Source of the DNA: Podospora anserina
Lineage: Eukaryota
DNA length: 64,000 bases
NCBI GenBank assembly: GCA_017654855.1
Contig: CM030335.1
Span: 2,728,001-2,792,000 of the forward strand
Direction of reading: 5' to 3'
Shown piece after piece: positions 1 through 12,950 of this stretch. Numbering within the stretch: position 1 is the stretch's first letter; each line of letters opens with the position of its first letter. The notes beneath the pieces were generated by a model that was not told where the DNA came from, ran no database searches, and worked only from the letters and a program-made list of their open reading frames with translations. The position numbers and the translations under genes are program-made.

Positions 1-1253
1 TGGTTTGCAGGGCTGACTTTCAGGTTGCCCGACCGGCCCTGATTGGCGAGATCAAAGATGGGATGGTGTGTGTGCTGCACCAACAGCTCGTTTGGGAACT
101 CTCATAGCAAGCAGCCTTCCGCCGACCGGCTCTTGTCCAGTAGTCTGTCTCCAACGGGTCACCAGCAAAAGCGAGACCCCGTCGGCCTGCTCAAGGAACG
201 TATGCCAACGGTGGTACCACTCGAGTCGTTGTTCTCGAAGCCTTTGCGGGTCATCGCTGGTCAGGAGCACAAGGCCGGGGGCAGCCTTTCCAACTGGTTA
301 TGCGTCGTCGGGGCAAAGGACGTATGCACACCAGCTGCGGTGGCGCCAGCAGACCAAAACCAATATGCGGGGGACGCAATTCTTCTCCTGTCCTATCGGG
401 TCCGTCGTCAGCTTCTTCTGCACGTGTTCGGCGACCCGAATCGGCCGGTTGGGCCTTTTATTGAGCAGCAAGGCCTACAGGTGAAACCTAGAAATCACTC
501 GGGTCTAATAAGATGCAGGTCCTCCGTCGGGGATTCTTCAATTTTCGTGTGGATAACACAAGGTGACACGGGCCTTGCAAGGAGTCCTCGAAGGCCCTGA
601 GCACAGCAGGATGCCCGCTTGAGATGATATCATGAGGCCGATCATTTCAAGCGAGCCACCCGTTATCAATCAAAGTCTGTGGGGGTCACGATAATATGTT
701 CGATGTTTCAGTCTGTCGCGGTGACGTTGTTCAAAAAGTCCTATATTGAACCCTCGATATGAGTTAGAGCGATCTGCCGATCTCACGCTATGCCGATAAT
801 GGTACAGCAGTGCTCGATGGCTCATGCTGTGGCTGGTGTCAGAGATTCTCAAAGACTTCTCACAAGTACTGTAAGACGGCCAGACCATTATCCCGCACCG
901 AAAGACTCAAAAGAACTTGGTGATTTGGCTTCCAGAAAACCAAAAAATACAGGAGATTAGTGTTCCACTGGAATCCAAGAGGTCGGATGCGCTAAACCCC
1001 CGCGTTCTGGAGTTGGTAAATGCCCCACAATCTCTATTCGAGAGCTCCCACCGCCTTCCATATTTGGCCCTCTGTCATTTTGAAGTCAGCCTAGAGCAAC
1101 GGCCAGCATGTGCTCATTCGCAGTCGAATTATTGCCAGTCTCCAAGCACCATCGAATCCTTCAGCATTCAACATTCGGCAGCCATTGACCATCACAACAC
1201 ACAGCATTGCGACAGTCAACCCCATTTAACGATAATCGAGGATCACCATCCCC

Positions 1254-3467
1254 ATGTCCTACAAGCGTTCGCGCGCCGCTTACGAAGCCGACCTCACCAC
1301 CCAGCAATCCCCATACGTCTTCTTTGGGACTCCGCTCCCACCACTTGATCCCGATGTGCGAGACGACGGCTCCTACGTGCCAATATGGAAGCAGGAGGTG
1401 AGGGATGAGCGCGGGCGCAAGAGGCTTCATGGCGCCTTCACCGGAGGCTTCAGTGCAGGGTAAGCGTCCAGCCCTTACCCAGTTCCCTTATGCCCAACAG
1501 GCACCGACCATCTTCTCAGATATTTCAATACAGTTGGCTCCAAAGAAGGGTGGATGCCCTCGGCATTTGTATCTTCACGTACGAACCGCCGGAAAGATGA
1601 CCCGAAATCCGCTCAACAACGTCCCGAGGACTTCATGGACGAAGAAGATCTTGCCGATGCCGAAGAGGATCGGAGAATACAAACCAAAGCAGCCTTTGCT
1701 GGCCTGGGCTCCACCAAAAATGACGCGTCAAGAGCCACAGGGCTTATGGGCCTGTTCCGAGCTACCGGGGAGACAATGGGCGAAAAGCTACTGAAGAAAA
1801 TGGGCTGGAAAGAAGGGCAAGGCATAGGTCCCAAGATCAGAAGGAAAGCTCGCCTCGAGCTTCGTAGCGATTCGAGCGGCCCTGGAGAGACATATTTGTT
1901 TGCTCCTGAGAATGTGCCGATGATCTCCTTTGTGCGCAAAACAGACCACAAGGGATTAGGTTATGGAGGCCATGCTAGACTGACACCTATTGGATCTTCC
2001 AACAAAAACAACGGCGCCAGTCATTCAGATGACGAGGATGACGACGAAACTATGGGTGGCTTTGGAAAGCCTCGATATACACTGCCGACAGACCGCAAGA
2101 AGAAGAAGGACAACAAGCCGCGAGGTGGCATTGGCATAGGTATCCTGAACGACACGGGCTCTGATGATGAGGATCCCTACGAGATTGGGCCCAAGATATC
2201 CTACAACCGAGTGGTAGGGGGTGATAAAAAGAAGAAAAAGGCGACGACCACGATCAATCCTGCTGTCAAAGCGCCCCTGTTTAGGCCGTCGAAAAAGACA
2301 GCCCTAGAGAAAATCGCTCTAGGTGTGCGAAAATGTCACGATGGACGACTGCCCCTCGATGGCTTTGTGTTTGGCAAGGAACCAGATGCGCTGACCTCGG
2401 CTATCAGCAGCGAAGGCAAGTACCCGCCTCCTCAGGTTCCGCCAGGCTGGGTCTCTTCGAAGAAACCCAAATCCCCAGCGGGCGGTCCGGCGGAATTTGT
2501 ATCAGCAGCAGATGCCGCAAAGGCCTCGACGCTTGATCCAAAGTCCCGCGCAGCCATTCTCGGAGAGAAACAACTACCTGGAAAGTCAGTTTTCGACTTC
2601 TTGTCTCCTGCCGCTCGAGAACGGCTGGTTGCTGCTACTGGCCGAGCCGATCTCCCTCAAGCCAAGGGCGAAGTCCCAGCGGAATATGCGCTGAGTGAAG
2701 AGGAGCGTATGAACGAGTTGCTGAGTCGCGTTCCGAAACTCGACAAGGAGACAGCTGTCGCTGCTATTTCCAGGGGAGTCAGCAGTGGAGCGCCATATGC
2801 GGACGACGAGAAGAAACGAGCGAGATACATTGCTTTCCTCGAGTATCAGGCTGGATTCAAACCCACCCCAGGAACCCAGCCTCCAAAAATGAACAGCGAG
2901 GACTGGCTGAGAGAGCTGACCGAGTTTTACAACTGCGCTCGAATCTTCAAGCCGATGACTGGCTTCATGGCCAGCAGATTTACCACATCTTCAACAACGA
3001 AACGAGGCAGCAGAGGTGAGGCTGGTCAGAAGGATATCCTCTCCAAGCCTCCGCCAAAGCCCCAGGACCCTTCCGAGGAAGCAGCGAAGCTTGGTATGTT
3101 TGGACCCATGACGAGGTCTGTTACCGACTTTTATCCTACACGCCTTCTGTGTAAGAGATTCAACGTCAGACCACCGGAGCATGTCCAGCCAGATGAGGAG
3201 CATTCCACCAAACAGGCTCCTGGCGGCTCGTCAAGGTTTGATGTATATCCCGATCAACCGGTCTTTAGGCCTGAGATTTTGACAACAGGTGGTGGTGTGG
3301 GGATAAGTCGAGAGAGTTCCAATGGTGAGGGCTCTGGCAAGTCAACTCCTGCTCCTGAGCCAGCGATGGTAATAGATCCCAGCAGAAATGAAGCGCTGGA
3401 AGGGAAAAGGGCAGGAGAGGATGTGTTCAAGGCCATCTTTGGTGACAGTGATGAAGACGATGACTAG
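1254..3467 (+). CDS. G-patch domain protein (GPATCH1/DUF1604-like), 2 exons, intron ~1460-1519
   Basis: Exon 1 ends ...[21 protein letters not shown] and splices (GTAAGC...CTCAG) to [11 protein letters not shown]. It also contains [10 protein letters not shown], the G-patch [17 protein letters not shown], and the C-terminal motifs [10 protein letters not shown] and [10 protein letters not shown] typical of GPATCH1 homologs. Confidence 0.88.
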
Positions 3468-4711
3468 ATAGACCTATTACTATTAATCTTGTACGTTATA
3501 TGTTCCACTATGGACTGAAGCTATCCAGCATTCACAGTGATCCTGGTCCAATATGGAACGTCGCCTGTGTTGAGGTGATCAGATATGCAAATTGATTGGT
3601 CAGTGCTGGTGGGCGGCTATGGGCCCCACCTGCAGCGTGAATGCTCAATGCAGTCGCCAGGAAATTTGTTAGCAGCAATTTAGGGGCCCCAGCGGCCTAA
3701 TGTTGGGAATCCCTGACATGGAACGGGGGACCTTCAGCTACCAAACGACCTTTTTTACTTTGTTCTATACTTCGAAGAGAAACAATTATTCTGCTGATCC
3801 ATTGTATTGATCTCTCCTATGAGTCGTCCTTCTCGTCTGCTTGTTAGATAAGACTTTCGGCTGGTTTCTTAAGCTACACAGTTGCGGGCCATCAATCTGG
3901 GCATACCATCCATTCAATTTCCAGCATTCATCCGCCCATCTCTCCTGAGCAAGGCGACCAGGTACCCCAACCGAACCACTGCTACCTCCCGACGACAGAA
4001 CTCCATCAAGGTCGCGCCCACACATCCCCAGGGACCTCACCTTGCACCGTGTCAAGACATAGAGCCGCGCGAGCGCAGCACAAATACCCCACAGTCATAT
4101 CCAAGAGGCCAGCAAACACCACGGCAGTGACACGAGACCGCCCCGTCAACACCAACACTAGCACCACCTCGTCCGACTCACGGCCGTCCAGCCGCTCACC
4201 CACCCAACCGTCGCCAGCAATTGACAAGCTATCCGACGCCGTGGCTGACCCAGACTTGGTTTGCTTCACCGACGAAGTCAACGTTGAACTCCTCCACCAC
4301 CGACAGGCACCCGACGAAGCTTTAGCATCAGGCCAACGGTCGCCGCCACCCCAGTACCCAGCTTCAGAGGCTTCGGCCAGCGGCTCCAACTTTCGACCGC
4401 CACCTTCGTTCCAGTCCCTCTTTGCGCTTCCCAACCCCGAGGCGGCAAACCACAAGGAGTCCGCCCCCGACAGCGACGAAGAGGAAGCCAATCCCAGCAC
4501 TGCCGCCGCCCCAGCGTATGCGCCGCCCGACAACCAGGTAGCTCAATCATCCCACAGCAGCGCGTCCGCCGCCTCTCGCTTCCAAGACGAAACCAAACGC
4601 GCGCTCCCACGGGACAGCAAAGGCGAATCTTCGCGCAGCAAGGAGGAAGAAGCAGAACCACCACCAGCCTATTCGGAGGGATACAGTCCTCTCCACTCTT
4701 TTACCTACCTC

Positions 4712-6079
4712 ATGGCTGCCGCAGGAGGAGAGTCGAGTATTATTACTCAGGTCCAGCAAGGGGGGCCGCCGATTAATACCCTGTCAGGTTGGTGTTTTGG
4801 GGGTTGAGAAAATGAGATGGAACATGAAGGCTGACATGGGATTGTAGACATCAATGCCGATGAGACGATAACGATGGACCTGCGGTGAGATTGATCACGG
4901 TCATTGGGGGTGATGGGCATCGAATACTAACTTTTGCGAAGGGGCACCCGCTTCACGCTGTCCCGAGATGAGCTCTTGACGTTACCTGAATTCGTCCTGC
5001 TCTCGCTTTTCCCCAATGGCCTCTTCCCGGAAGGGCACATGGGCGGCGGCTTCCAAGACGGCGACGCCGTTCAAGTTGATGTGGGTACCACCGATTCCAA
5101 TTATTACTACGGGAACGACGAGGGCTATTATGGCAACGGTGCTGGTGTTGTTGGTGATGATGGCGGTGATGGAGATGGCGCTCTCTCCAATCCGATATAT
5201 CAACAGCAACCACCGCCGGGTCAAGGAAATGCATACGACGAGGACGACGATCACATAGGCGCATCCGCTCCCCGTGCCGCAGTCACAGTCGTCGCAACCC
5301 CCACCAGCCAGAATGCCTCTCACATCCGCAGTGTCCTCCGCAATCTAGAAATATACATAGCTGACCATTACACTCACACACAGTACGACCCGGCTTCCCT
5401 GCAGTACATGCTTGACTTTTTCCGGGGTGTCGCTTCTTCGATTCCTGCCACCACCAGCGAAGACGGCAGCGATGTGGTGGGTGTTGATCCTGCTGCGCGA
5501 GAGCAGAGGGACGACAGCAGCAGGCGCGCGGGCATTATTGTCTTGAGGGAGGATCTTGACTTTTATGCGATCCCGCACAAGCAGGACATCGGCCAGGAAG
5601 AGATGATGGATGTCAAGAGGGCGGCGGCGAAGAAGTTGCTGGAGCAGGGGGGGATCTTTAGCGGGTTGAAGAAGAGTGATGAGCCGGGGACGACGGAGGC
5701 GCATTTGATTGAGATGTTGACTGCCGGGTGTGTTTCCCCCCCCCCCTTGATATGCGATCAAGAAATTATGCTAATGATGAGGTACAGTGGTTTTAACCAT
5801 GATGATCACTGGGGTCATCGGGCTGGCGAGCCCAACAAGGCGGTCATCTGCAGCTTGGCGCTTGCGAGGCTGAGGTCGGATATCAGGGGGAACGAGATGG
5901 GGAATAATGCTGTGGGGATGGCGCAGAAGCTGCTGCTTTTCTGGCGGAAGCCGGCGAGGAGGTGCTGGTGGGAGGGGGTTGAGCTGGAGGGGGTGGAGGG
6001 GGTGCCGCAGGGGCAGAAGTTGAAGGTTTGGATTCGGAGAGTTTGGACTTTGGAGATGAGTGTAATTGGGTTGCGTTGA
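4712..6079 (+). CDS. WHI2: Whi2-family growth regulator (BTB-like domain, Psr phosphatase partner); introns ~4788-4847, 4885-4941, 5081-5383, 5728-5787; possible non-AUG N-terminal extension back to ~4049-4241
   Basis: The spliced product reads ITMDLRGTRFTLSRDELLTLPEFVLLSLFPNG...VQVDYDPASLQYMLDFF...IIVLREDLDFY...EAHLIEML...LLLFWRKPARRCWW...VWIRRVWTLEMSVIG, which are Whi2 family motifs. Canonical splice sites with branch points are present. Confidence 0.85.
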
Positions 6080-6944
6080 GGCCCGGGTGTATGAGGAGGG
6101 GGTGTTTCGCCCAGTAAACTGATGAGAGGCAGAGAGGGATGAGGAGATGATTCTGTTAAAAACTTGCTGACACATGGGTTGGGTTTGGTTAGTCTCTTGA
6201 GGAGTGTAGGTTGCGGGTTGCTGTGTGGTGTTTTCTGTTTTCTTTCTCTTTTTTTTGTAATGAAGTTTGCTGTTGGTTTTTATTTTACTTTTTCTTCGTT
6301 CTTTTTCCCAGATTCGAAACAGCACACACACACAATTTTTTTTTTTTTTTTTTCCTTTTTATATCCCGAATGCGAAAATGGGAGGTATACCTAGGTAGTT
6401 TGGGGGGAGGATGGGGTGAGTACTATAAAGCGAGAAAAAGATAGTGTATTTTTTGGTAATAATATCTATGATAGGGCAATGCTTTTGGGGATTATGGTGA
6501 GTGGTGAAGGGGAGGTAAGCGGATGAAGCACCCGGATGGAAGGACAGAGGATGTCCGAGTTGTTTCCGGTGATACAACAACCCTCGGCATGCGGCATCGG
6601 GACGGTGCTGTTTGTTCGGGTTGCCTAATATCCCAACGGCTCAAACTTGTTCCTGTGTCGTCGGTATTCTCGCTATAGAATTTCTCTATCAAGAAGAGGG
6701 GAACTTGTTGATAGGATTGGGCACCTTCCTGTATGGGATAGGGTGACACTTGGAGTTGCTTGTGCTCCACTCACTTACACGTTTGACTTACTTCTTGATA
6801 TTGACAGATAACCCATCACATCTTTCCAACCTACACTGTCTCTCACCAACCTTGACCCTTCTTTCATGTCACTGTCATTCTGCACCTCCCCAACAGCAAG
6901 TTTCCGTTTTCCAACTCATCTCCTGTGTGTTGTCCAAGACCACG

Positions 6945-7940
6945 ATGGCGGAAGCAACCGTCCCACCACCACCGCCACCCGGCCTCTGGGTCCCCTCGAT
7001 AACAACCTTCACCAACGACGACACCCTCGACCTAGAGTCCCAATCCCTTTATTTCCAATACCTCACCTCTTCCCACGTCGGCCTCACAGGCCTTTTAGTC
7101 CTCGGCACAAACGCCGAGCCGTTCCTCCTCACCCGGGAGGAACGCTCCCAGCTGTTGCACCTCGCAAAGAGTGTCTGCCCCCCGGGATTCCCCATCATGG
7201 CTGGCGTTTCCGGCCACAGTCTAGCTCAGGTAAAGGAGTATATCTCCGACGCTCAGGACGCAGGGGCAGATTACGTGCTGGTCTTGCCGTGTGCGTATTT
7301 TGGGGCGAAGCCAGCTGTTGTGGAAGGGTTTTTCAAAGAGGTGGGGGAGTATGTGAGGACACTAGGAAGGGAAAGGGGGAGGGAGATGGGGGTTGTGGTG
7401 TATAACTTTCCCGGGGTGACGAATGGGGTTGATATGGACTCTGGGATGATATCACGGGTTGTGAGGGAGAGTGGGAATGTGGTGGGGGTTAAGTTGACTT
7501 GTGGGAGTGTGGCTAAGGTGACGAGGTTGGCGGCGGAGTTTGGGAGGGATAGGTTTAGTGTTTTTGGGGGGCAGAGTGATTTTTTGATTGGGGGACTCAG
7601 TGTGGGAAGTGCGGGGTGCATTGCTGCGTTTGGGAATGTTTTTCCCAAGGTTATTGGACGGGTTTATAGGTTGTGGAAGGAGGGGAGGGGAGAGGAGGCG
7701 TTGGTGTTGCATAGGAGGGCGGCGTTGGGGGAGCAGGTGTTGAAGAGTCTAGGGGTTGCGGGGACGAAGCTGGCGGCGGGGATGTTTACGGGGGTGAGGG
7801 CTGGGGTTGTGCAGGAGGGTATGGAGGGGGTGGAGGAGAGGTTTAAGATGAGGGCGCCGTATGAGGCTTTGGGAAAGGGGGAGAGGGAGAGGATTTGGGA
7901 GGGGTTGAAGGGGTTGGATGAGATTGAGAAGGGGTTGTGA
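6945..7940 (+). CDS. Dihydrodipicolinate synthase/N-acetylneuraminate lyase-family class I aldolase (similar to fungal keto-deoxy sugar-acid aldolases)
   Basis: PPGLWVPSITTF, GLLVLGTNAE...LTREER, GADYVLVLP, VVYNFPGVTNG and the Schiff-base lysine motif NVVGVKLT; TIM-barrel length of ~330 aa. Confidence 0.88.
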   Translation: MAEATVPPPPPPGLWVPSITTFTNDDTLDLESQSLYFQYLTSSHVGLTGLLVLGTNAEPFLLTREERSQLLHLAKSVCPPGFPIMAGVSGHSLAQVKEYISDAQDAGADYVLVLPCAYFGAKPAVVEGFFKEVGEYVRTLGRERGREMGVVVYNFPGVTNGVDMDSGMISRVVRESGNVVGVKLTCGSVAKVTRLAAEFGRDRFSVFGGQSDFLIGGLSVGSAGCIAAFGNVFPKVIGRVYRLWKEGRGEEALVLHRRAALGEQVLKSLGVAGTKLAAGMFTGVRAGVVQEGMEGVEERFKMRAPYEALGKGERERIWEGLKGLDEIEKGL

Positions 7941-8789
7941 GACATCGAGAGATTTTGGGGTGGTGTTGAGGGTGGGTGGAGTTTGTGATGGGAAATGACC
8001 GGTACGTGGTGGGAATTTAATGCCCAGAAGAAATATAGATAAACGGTCAAATTAGCTTTACAATTGGAAGATAAGAATTGGGTCGCCTAGCTGTCGATAT
8101 AGTGTGATGGATTCTGCAGACACTGGCACAAGTTCTCGGAAGGTCAAAAGGAAGCACACCCCTGTTTGATGCCAAGACAATGAAATCCAATTTTTGGTGG
8201 GCCAGCCCAAACTCCCCCGCATGCTACCCCGCGGCATTGGCTTAACACCGAGTTTGACAGCCCGGGCAGTCCCTTCCTCTGCTGTCTTTGATCTCTTGCG
8301 ACTCCAAGTCCTGATTTTATTCATCTCATCTATGTTCTAATCATGTTTCACTATTCAACGTCACATGCTCCAGTTGGGCATGTAGTGCTGACCGCAACTC
8401 TGGTAGAGTCAAATCGAGATGATGCGTCGAGTCTCGGAGGTTGCAGGGCCACCTAGGAAATGAGGTTATCATGAGCCTAGCAGGAATGGAGCTTCGAGGC
8501 CAGGAGATAAAAAAAAGGTACAGGCGGGATAGATCCCACTCCAGCAGCTGAGCAACCACCAAGCACCCGATGACATCAGAGCTATAGACCGACTTCTTGT
8601 TCATTGTCTTGTCGTCTGAAGAATAATCTAGCTACCCCAGGAACCCACACTAATTCCACTACTAGCATGGGCCGACTAGAGGTCGTATCAGCTATTCTAG
8701 AACTGGGCTTTCGTAAAGAATCACATACTGGCTTGTGGCATAAAGGAGAAGCTGAAGAAATAGCTGTCGGAGGCCGTGAGGACAAGTTG

Positions 8790-8915
8790 TGGTCAACTCG
8801 GCTATGCGGCAGCTTCCCTCGATGACATGAGAGGCAAGACGTGGAAAGACACTCTGGGCAACAACAAACGTTTATAAGATCCCAAGACTCTGGGCATTCG
8901 TGGCAGACGGGATCC
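8790..8915 (-). pseudogene. Orphan ZZ-type zinc-finger-like fragment
   Basis: CHEC-x11-CPEC-x4-CLSC-x6-H-x4-H spacing. In-frame stops lie just upstream and there is no ATG in frame. Confidence 0.3.
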
Positions 8916-9229
8916 TTTCCAGTCACATCCTTTCATCATGCACGAGAAAAGAGCGGAGCGTAAGGCGCCATGAGGTTTCAACCAACAATGCTGTCCTTGG
9001 CAGGTAATCCATATCTTTTATGGGCAAGGTGGCTGACGACGACAGCATACATCCACCAAGACAAACACAGCTTGGCTTCCACTGCCTTTGTGTTTGTATT
9101 GCTACCTGGAATAAGTATAATAAGCACTAGCTGAACAAGGCTGGAACTATGGATCTTGTATCTTTGTTGCTCCCCCACGCTCTTGCTTTTCTGCAATCGA
9201 GCCTCAAGTGATAGCCTCACTCACTTGCA

Positions 9230-10847
9230 ATGCGTTTCCAATCCACCACTGCAGCCTTGCTGCTGCTGGGCGGTGTTCAAGCGCAAACTACGCTGCCACC
9301 TCCGCCGACTGAAACGTCATCGTCGGAGACATGCGCCATCAGCTTGACGCCGAGTTATGATGTTACCATAGCAAAGGGCTGGACGGCGCATCTGCTTGCT
9401 CGAAACCTCGGCTTCGCCCGTAGCATCAAGCTTGATGGCAGAGGCGGTCTCCTCGTTGTTTCTGCCCAAAGCGGCATCGTCCACCTCAACGTCACCGACA
9501 GAGCAAGCACCTGCCCCTACGTAATCAACAACACCACTGTCATCGAAGACGAACGAGTAAGCCCCCTTATCTTTCCCATTCCATCCTCACCATCACTAAC
9601 AGCCCCTCCAGCTCAACCATGGCATTGAACTCTCCCCCTCAGGCCGCACCCTTTACGCCTCCTCCCGCGAAAGCGTCTGGGCATGGGACTACGACCCCTC
9701 CACCGCCTCGGTGTCCAACCGCCGCGAGATAATCACCAACATGACCAACACCGACCACGTCTCCCGCACCCTCTTCCTCTCCCCCTCCCACCCCGACCTC
9801 CTCTTAGTCTCCCGCGGCAGCGCCTCTAACATCGACCCCTTATCCATCCCCTTGGAAAACGGCATCTCCCAAATCCGCGCCTTCAACATCTCCAACCTCA
9901 CCTCCACGAGCCCACCCTACAGCTACCCCTCCCAGGGCCTCCTAATCGGCTCCGGCCTGCGCAACTCAGTCGGAATAGCCGAGCACCCCATCACTGGGGG
10001 TGTATTCAGCGTGGAAAACAACATCGACCAAACCACCCGCCTCGGCACCGACATCCACAACGAAAACCCAGGCGAAGAACTCAACTTTCACGGCTTCCTC
10101 AACGGGTCCTTACCAGAAAACCGACACCACGGCTACCCGTTCTGTTTCCCGTTGTACAACAGAACCGACTTCCCCGACCTCAACACCCTGACCACGGGGG
10201 ATCAGTTCTCCCTGAATCAAACCGCCGAGTTGAACGATGAGACTTGCGCACGGGAGTATGTCCCCCCGCGGCTGACATTCAAGGCGCACATGGCACCGCT
10301 GGATATCAAGTTCAACAGTGAGGGGACGAGGGCTTACGTCTCGTTTCATGGGAGCTGGAATAGGGATGAGCCGGAGGGGTATAAAGTCGCAGAGGTGGAG
10401 TGGGATGCCGGGACGGGGCAGCCAGTTCATAGCGCAAAGAGTTTGAATGCCGCGAGGGATTTGTTGAATACGGGGGATGTGCACCGGTGCAGGCCGGATG
10501 GGATTGGTCTGAGGCCTGTTGGGTTGCAGGTGGATGGTCGAGGGAGGGTGTTTGTTAGCAATGATTATGGAGGGGAGGTTTGGGTTTTGGAGCAGACGGG
10601 GGATGTGGAGGAGGAAAGTTGGGAGGAGGTGAATTATGGGGGGGATGATGGCAATGATGATGGCAATGATGATGGAGAGGGGAATGGTGGTGGGAATGGT
10701 GGAACAGGAACAGATGATGAGGAGCCGGCTGAGACTTCTAATCCTGCAGTGAAGGGGGCTGGAACAGTAAGGACGGAGGGGTGGGTGGTGATGGGAATGA
10801 CAATTGTGTTGTCGTTTGTGAGGGGGATCTTTGTGATTGTTGCTTAG
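9230..10847 (+). CDS. Secreted, probably GPI-anchored PQQ-dependent sugar dehydrogenase (glucose/sorbosone dehydrogenase-like, CAZy AA12-like); intron ~9557-9611
   Basis: Signal peptide MRFQSTTAALLLLGGVQA; motifs LNHGIEL, HVSRTL, LLVSRGS, GLRNSVGIAEHP, NPGEELNFHG, AHMAPLDIKF, FHGSWNR, RPVGL; acidic Gly linker followed by a hydrophobic C-terminus. Confidence 0.85.
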
Positions 10848-11012
10848 AGGGGTGACACCCCCCCTTCTTCTCTGTTGTTGATGGTTGACATACACGACAC
10901 GACGTTCCAAGCCTGACTTTTGCTGTCATCTCAAACGCACTGCCAGTAAATAATAATATTTCTAAACCACGCACCACAACGCCCGCCATAATCATTACAT
11001 CTCATGCAAAAT

Positions 11013-12169
11013 TTACTCCTCAATGGTCTTGACGCACTCCCACTCGCCCTTAAGGTTCTCCTTCCACAAGGTAACCTTGTTGTCCGCCCCGCTGGCCGCA
11101 AGAACGTTCCCGCTAAGGGACCAGCTCACGCGCCAGACAGCGGCATCAAAGTTCAGGACCTTGACATTCCACTGCCCGGGGCTGGCAGAGTCACTCGTCC
11201 AGATCCGCACTGTCCTGTCCTGTGACGCAGAGGCAATATAGCTCTTCTGAAGCACCGTTGGGCTCCACGCCACATCCCTGACCCAATCGGTATGACCCGC
11301 CAAGGGCTCCCTCTCTTGCTTATAGCTGTTCGTAGCCGGGTCGTACGCCCAGATCTTGAGCTGGTTGTCGGAACCGCCAGTTACAAAGCGTCTGTTGCCG
11401 GCCGACCCTGGGCCGGGGTTGCTGCTGACGATGCTGCCGGGTGTGGTGGCAGGCGCCCAAGAAACCGAGTTGGCACCCAGACCGTGCGCGTGGAAGCTGC
11501 TGTGCTCCCAGCTGTTGTCCTTGAATTCGAGAACGCTGACGTTGCCATCGGAGGAAGCGCATGCGAGGAGGCAGCCGGCCTCGTGGGGGGACCAAGACAC
11601 TATGTTCACGCTGGCCTTGTGGAGGGCAAAGTCGAAGATGCGCTGCCACGAGCCGTTTTGCTCGCGCCAGATGAGCACCTTGCCGTCGTAGCCCGCGCTC
11701 GCGAGGATGTTGCCGTACTTGGGATGCGCCCAGGACACGCACCACACTGCGCCCTCGTGCCTAACCACCACCTGTCAGCATCGGGAATTGGAAACTGCCC
11801 GTGCTCGTGACGGGAAACATACCCCTTGAGTGTCTCGATCAACCGTTGTGACTCGCCCTCAATCTCGAAGATCTTGATGGTGCGATCCGACGAGCAGGTC
11901 GCTAACCTCCGGCCGTAGTAATCCAGGACTGCATCGTGCTGCCTTGCGTGTCAAATTCCAGAATTTAGGGTAATCGGTAGAGCTAATCGAGGAATCGCGG
12001 GGTACGTACGATCATGTCATCGTGACCGGTGTTGCTGATAACCTGGGCGCCCGCTGTCTGAATAGCTCCGGCCATGGTTAGCATGTGTCCACTGGGTTGG
12101 GGTCTCTCCCTTCGCTGGCGAAGCGAACAGCAGAGGGGCGGTGGGCGGAGGAGAGGGCGGGCGAACCAT
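11013..12169 (-). CDS. SEC13: COPII coat / nucleoporin WD40 protein Sec13; 4 exons (first exon is the ATG alone)
   Basis: The spliced product reads [43 protein letters not shown]...[26 protein letters not shown]...[13 protein letters not shown]...[13 protein letters not shown]. Confidence 0.96.
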
Positions 12170-12950
12170 TTTGTAGGTTTATTATTGCTTGTCGGGGTAT
12201 TTTATTGTTCTCCCAATCAGGTATTGTTTAAATGAGAGGAATGCGGGAGGTGTTGTGGTTGTTTTGGGGTCGCAGATGGGATCGAGAGGACAGGTCGGTC
12301 GCTGGAGGCCCAGGAGCTGGTGCCCTGCGTATAGCGTAATGCTCGAACCTACCCCTGTGTCCCACTGTCCAGCTGGCAAAGAAAATCAAGGTGAGCTCGG
12401 TATGGCCTTGTTGACCTTGACTCAGCGTTGGTCTCACCGCAGCCTTGTCCCACCCGAAATACCCCACACACATCCCGGCCCAGGAATTCGCCCTCCACTC
12501 CCCGCATGCGTTCACAAGCTGACTGAGCCACCGACCTTTTTCTTCGAAGAGTTCGCAACACCACGAAACACCGACTTTGGAAGGACCAAAACACTCTTCT
12601 CATCCTCCCAGAGCCTCAGGAGAGTCTCGTGACCAAGTGGGTCCCTTTCAATGGCGGTTTGGTCAACCACAACAATAGAATAATGCCTTATTTTTCTTTT
12701 TCCTATTCATCCCAGCATCAATAGTAATAACCGCCTCTCAAAGAGAGGTTCCCTTTTTGCCTAAGACATCCAGGGACCTCGGCTTCTTTTTGTAACTTGC
12801 GAATATCCTCACCACTGCTTTTCGCCCCCCGGGTTCCCATATCACATCGTCAATTCTCCTTCTCTCTCTCTCCAAGCCAGTCGCTCTTATCCAGAACAAA
12901 TCCGAGTTCCGGACCGTTCAACTCAGCGACTATTCCCTCTAGTCGTCAAG

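Noticed and set aside
1-900. ORFs 43-600, 68-484 and 52-270 at the window start
   Set aside because: No recognisable motif and stops in the alternative frames, so no product can be supported.
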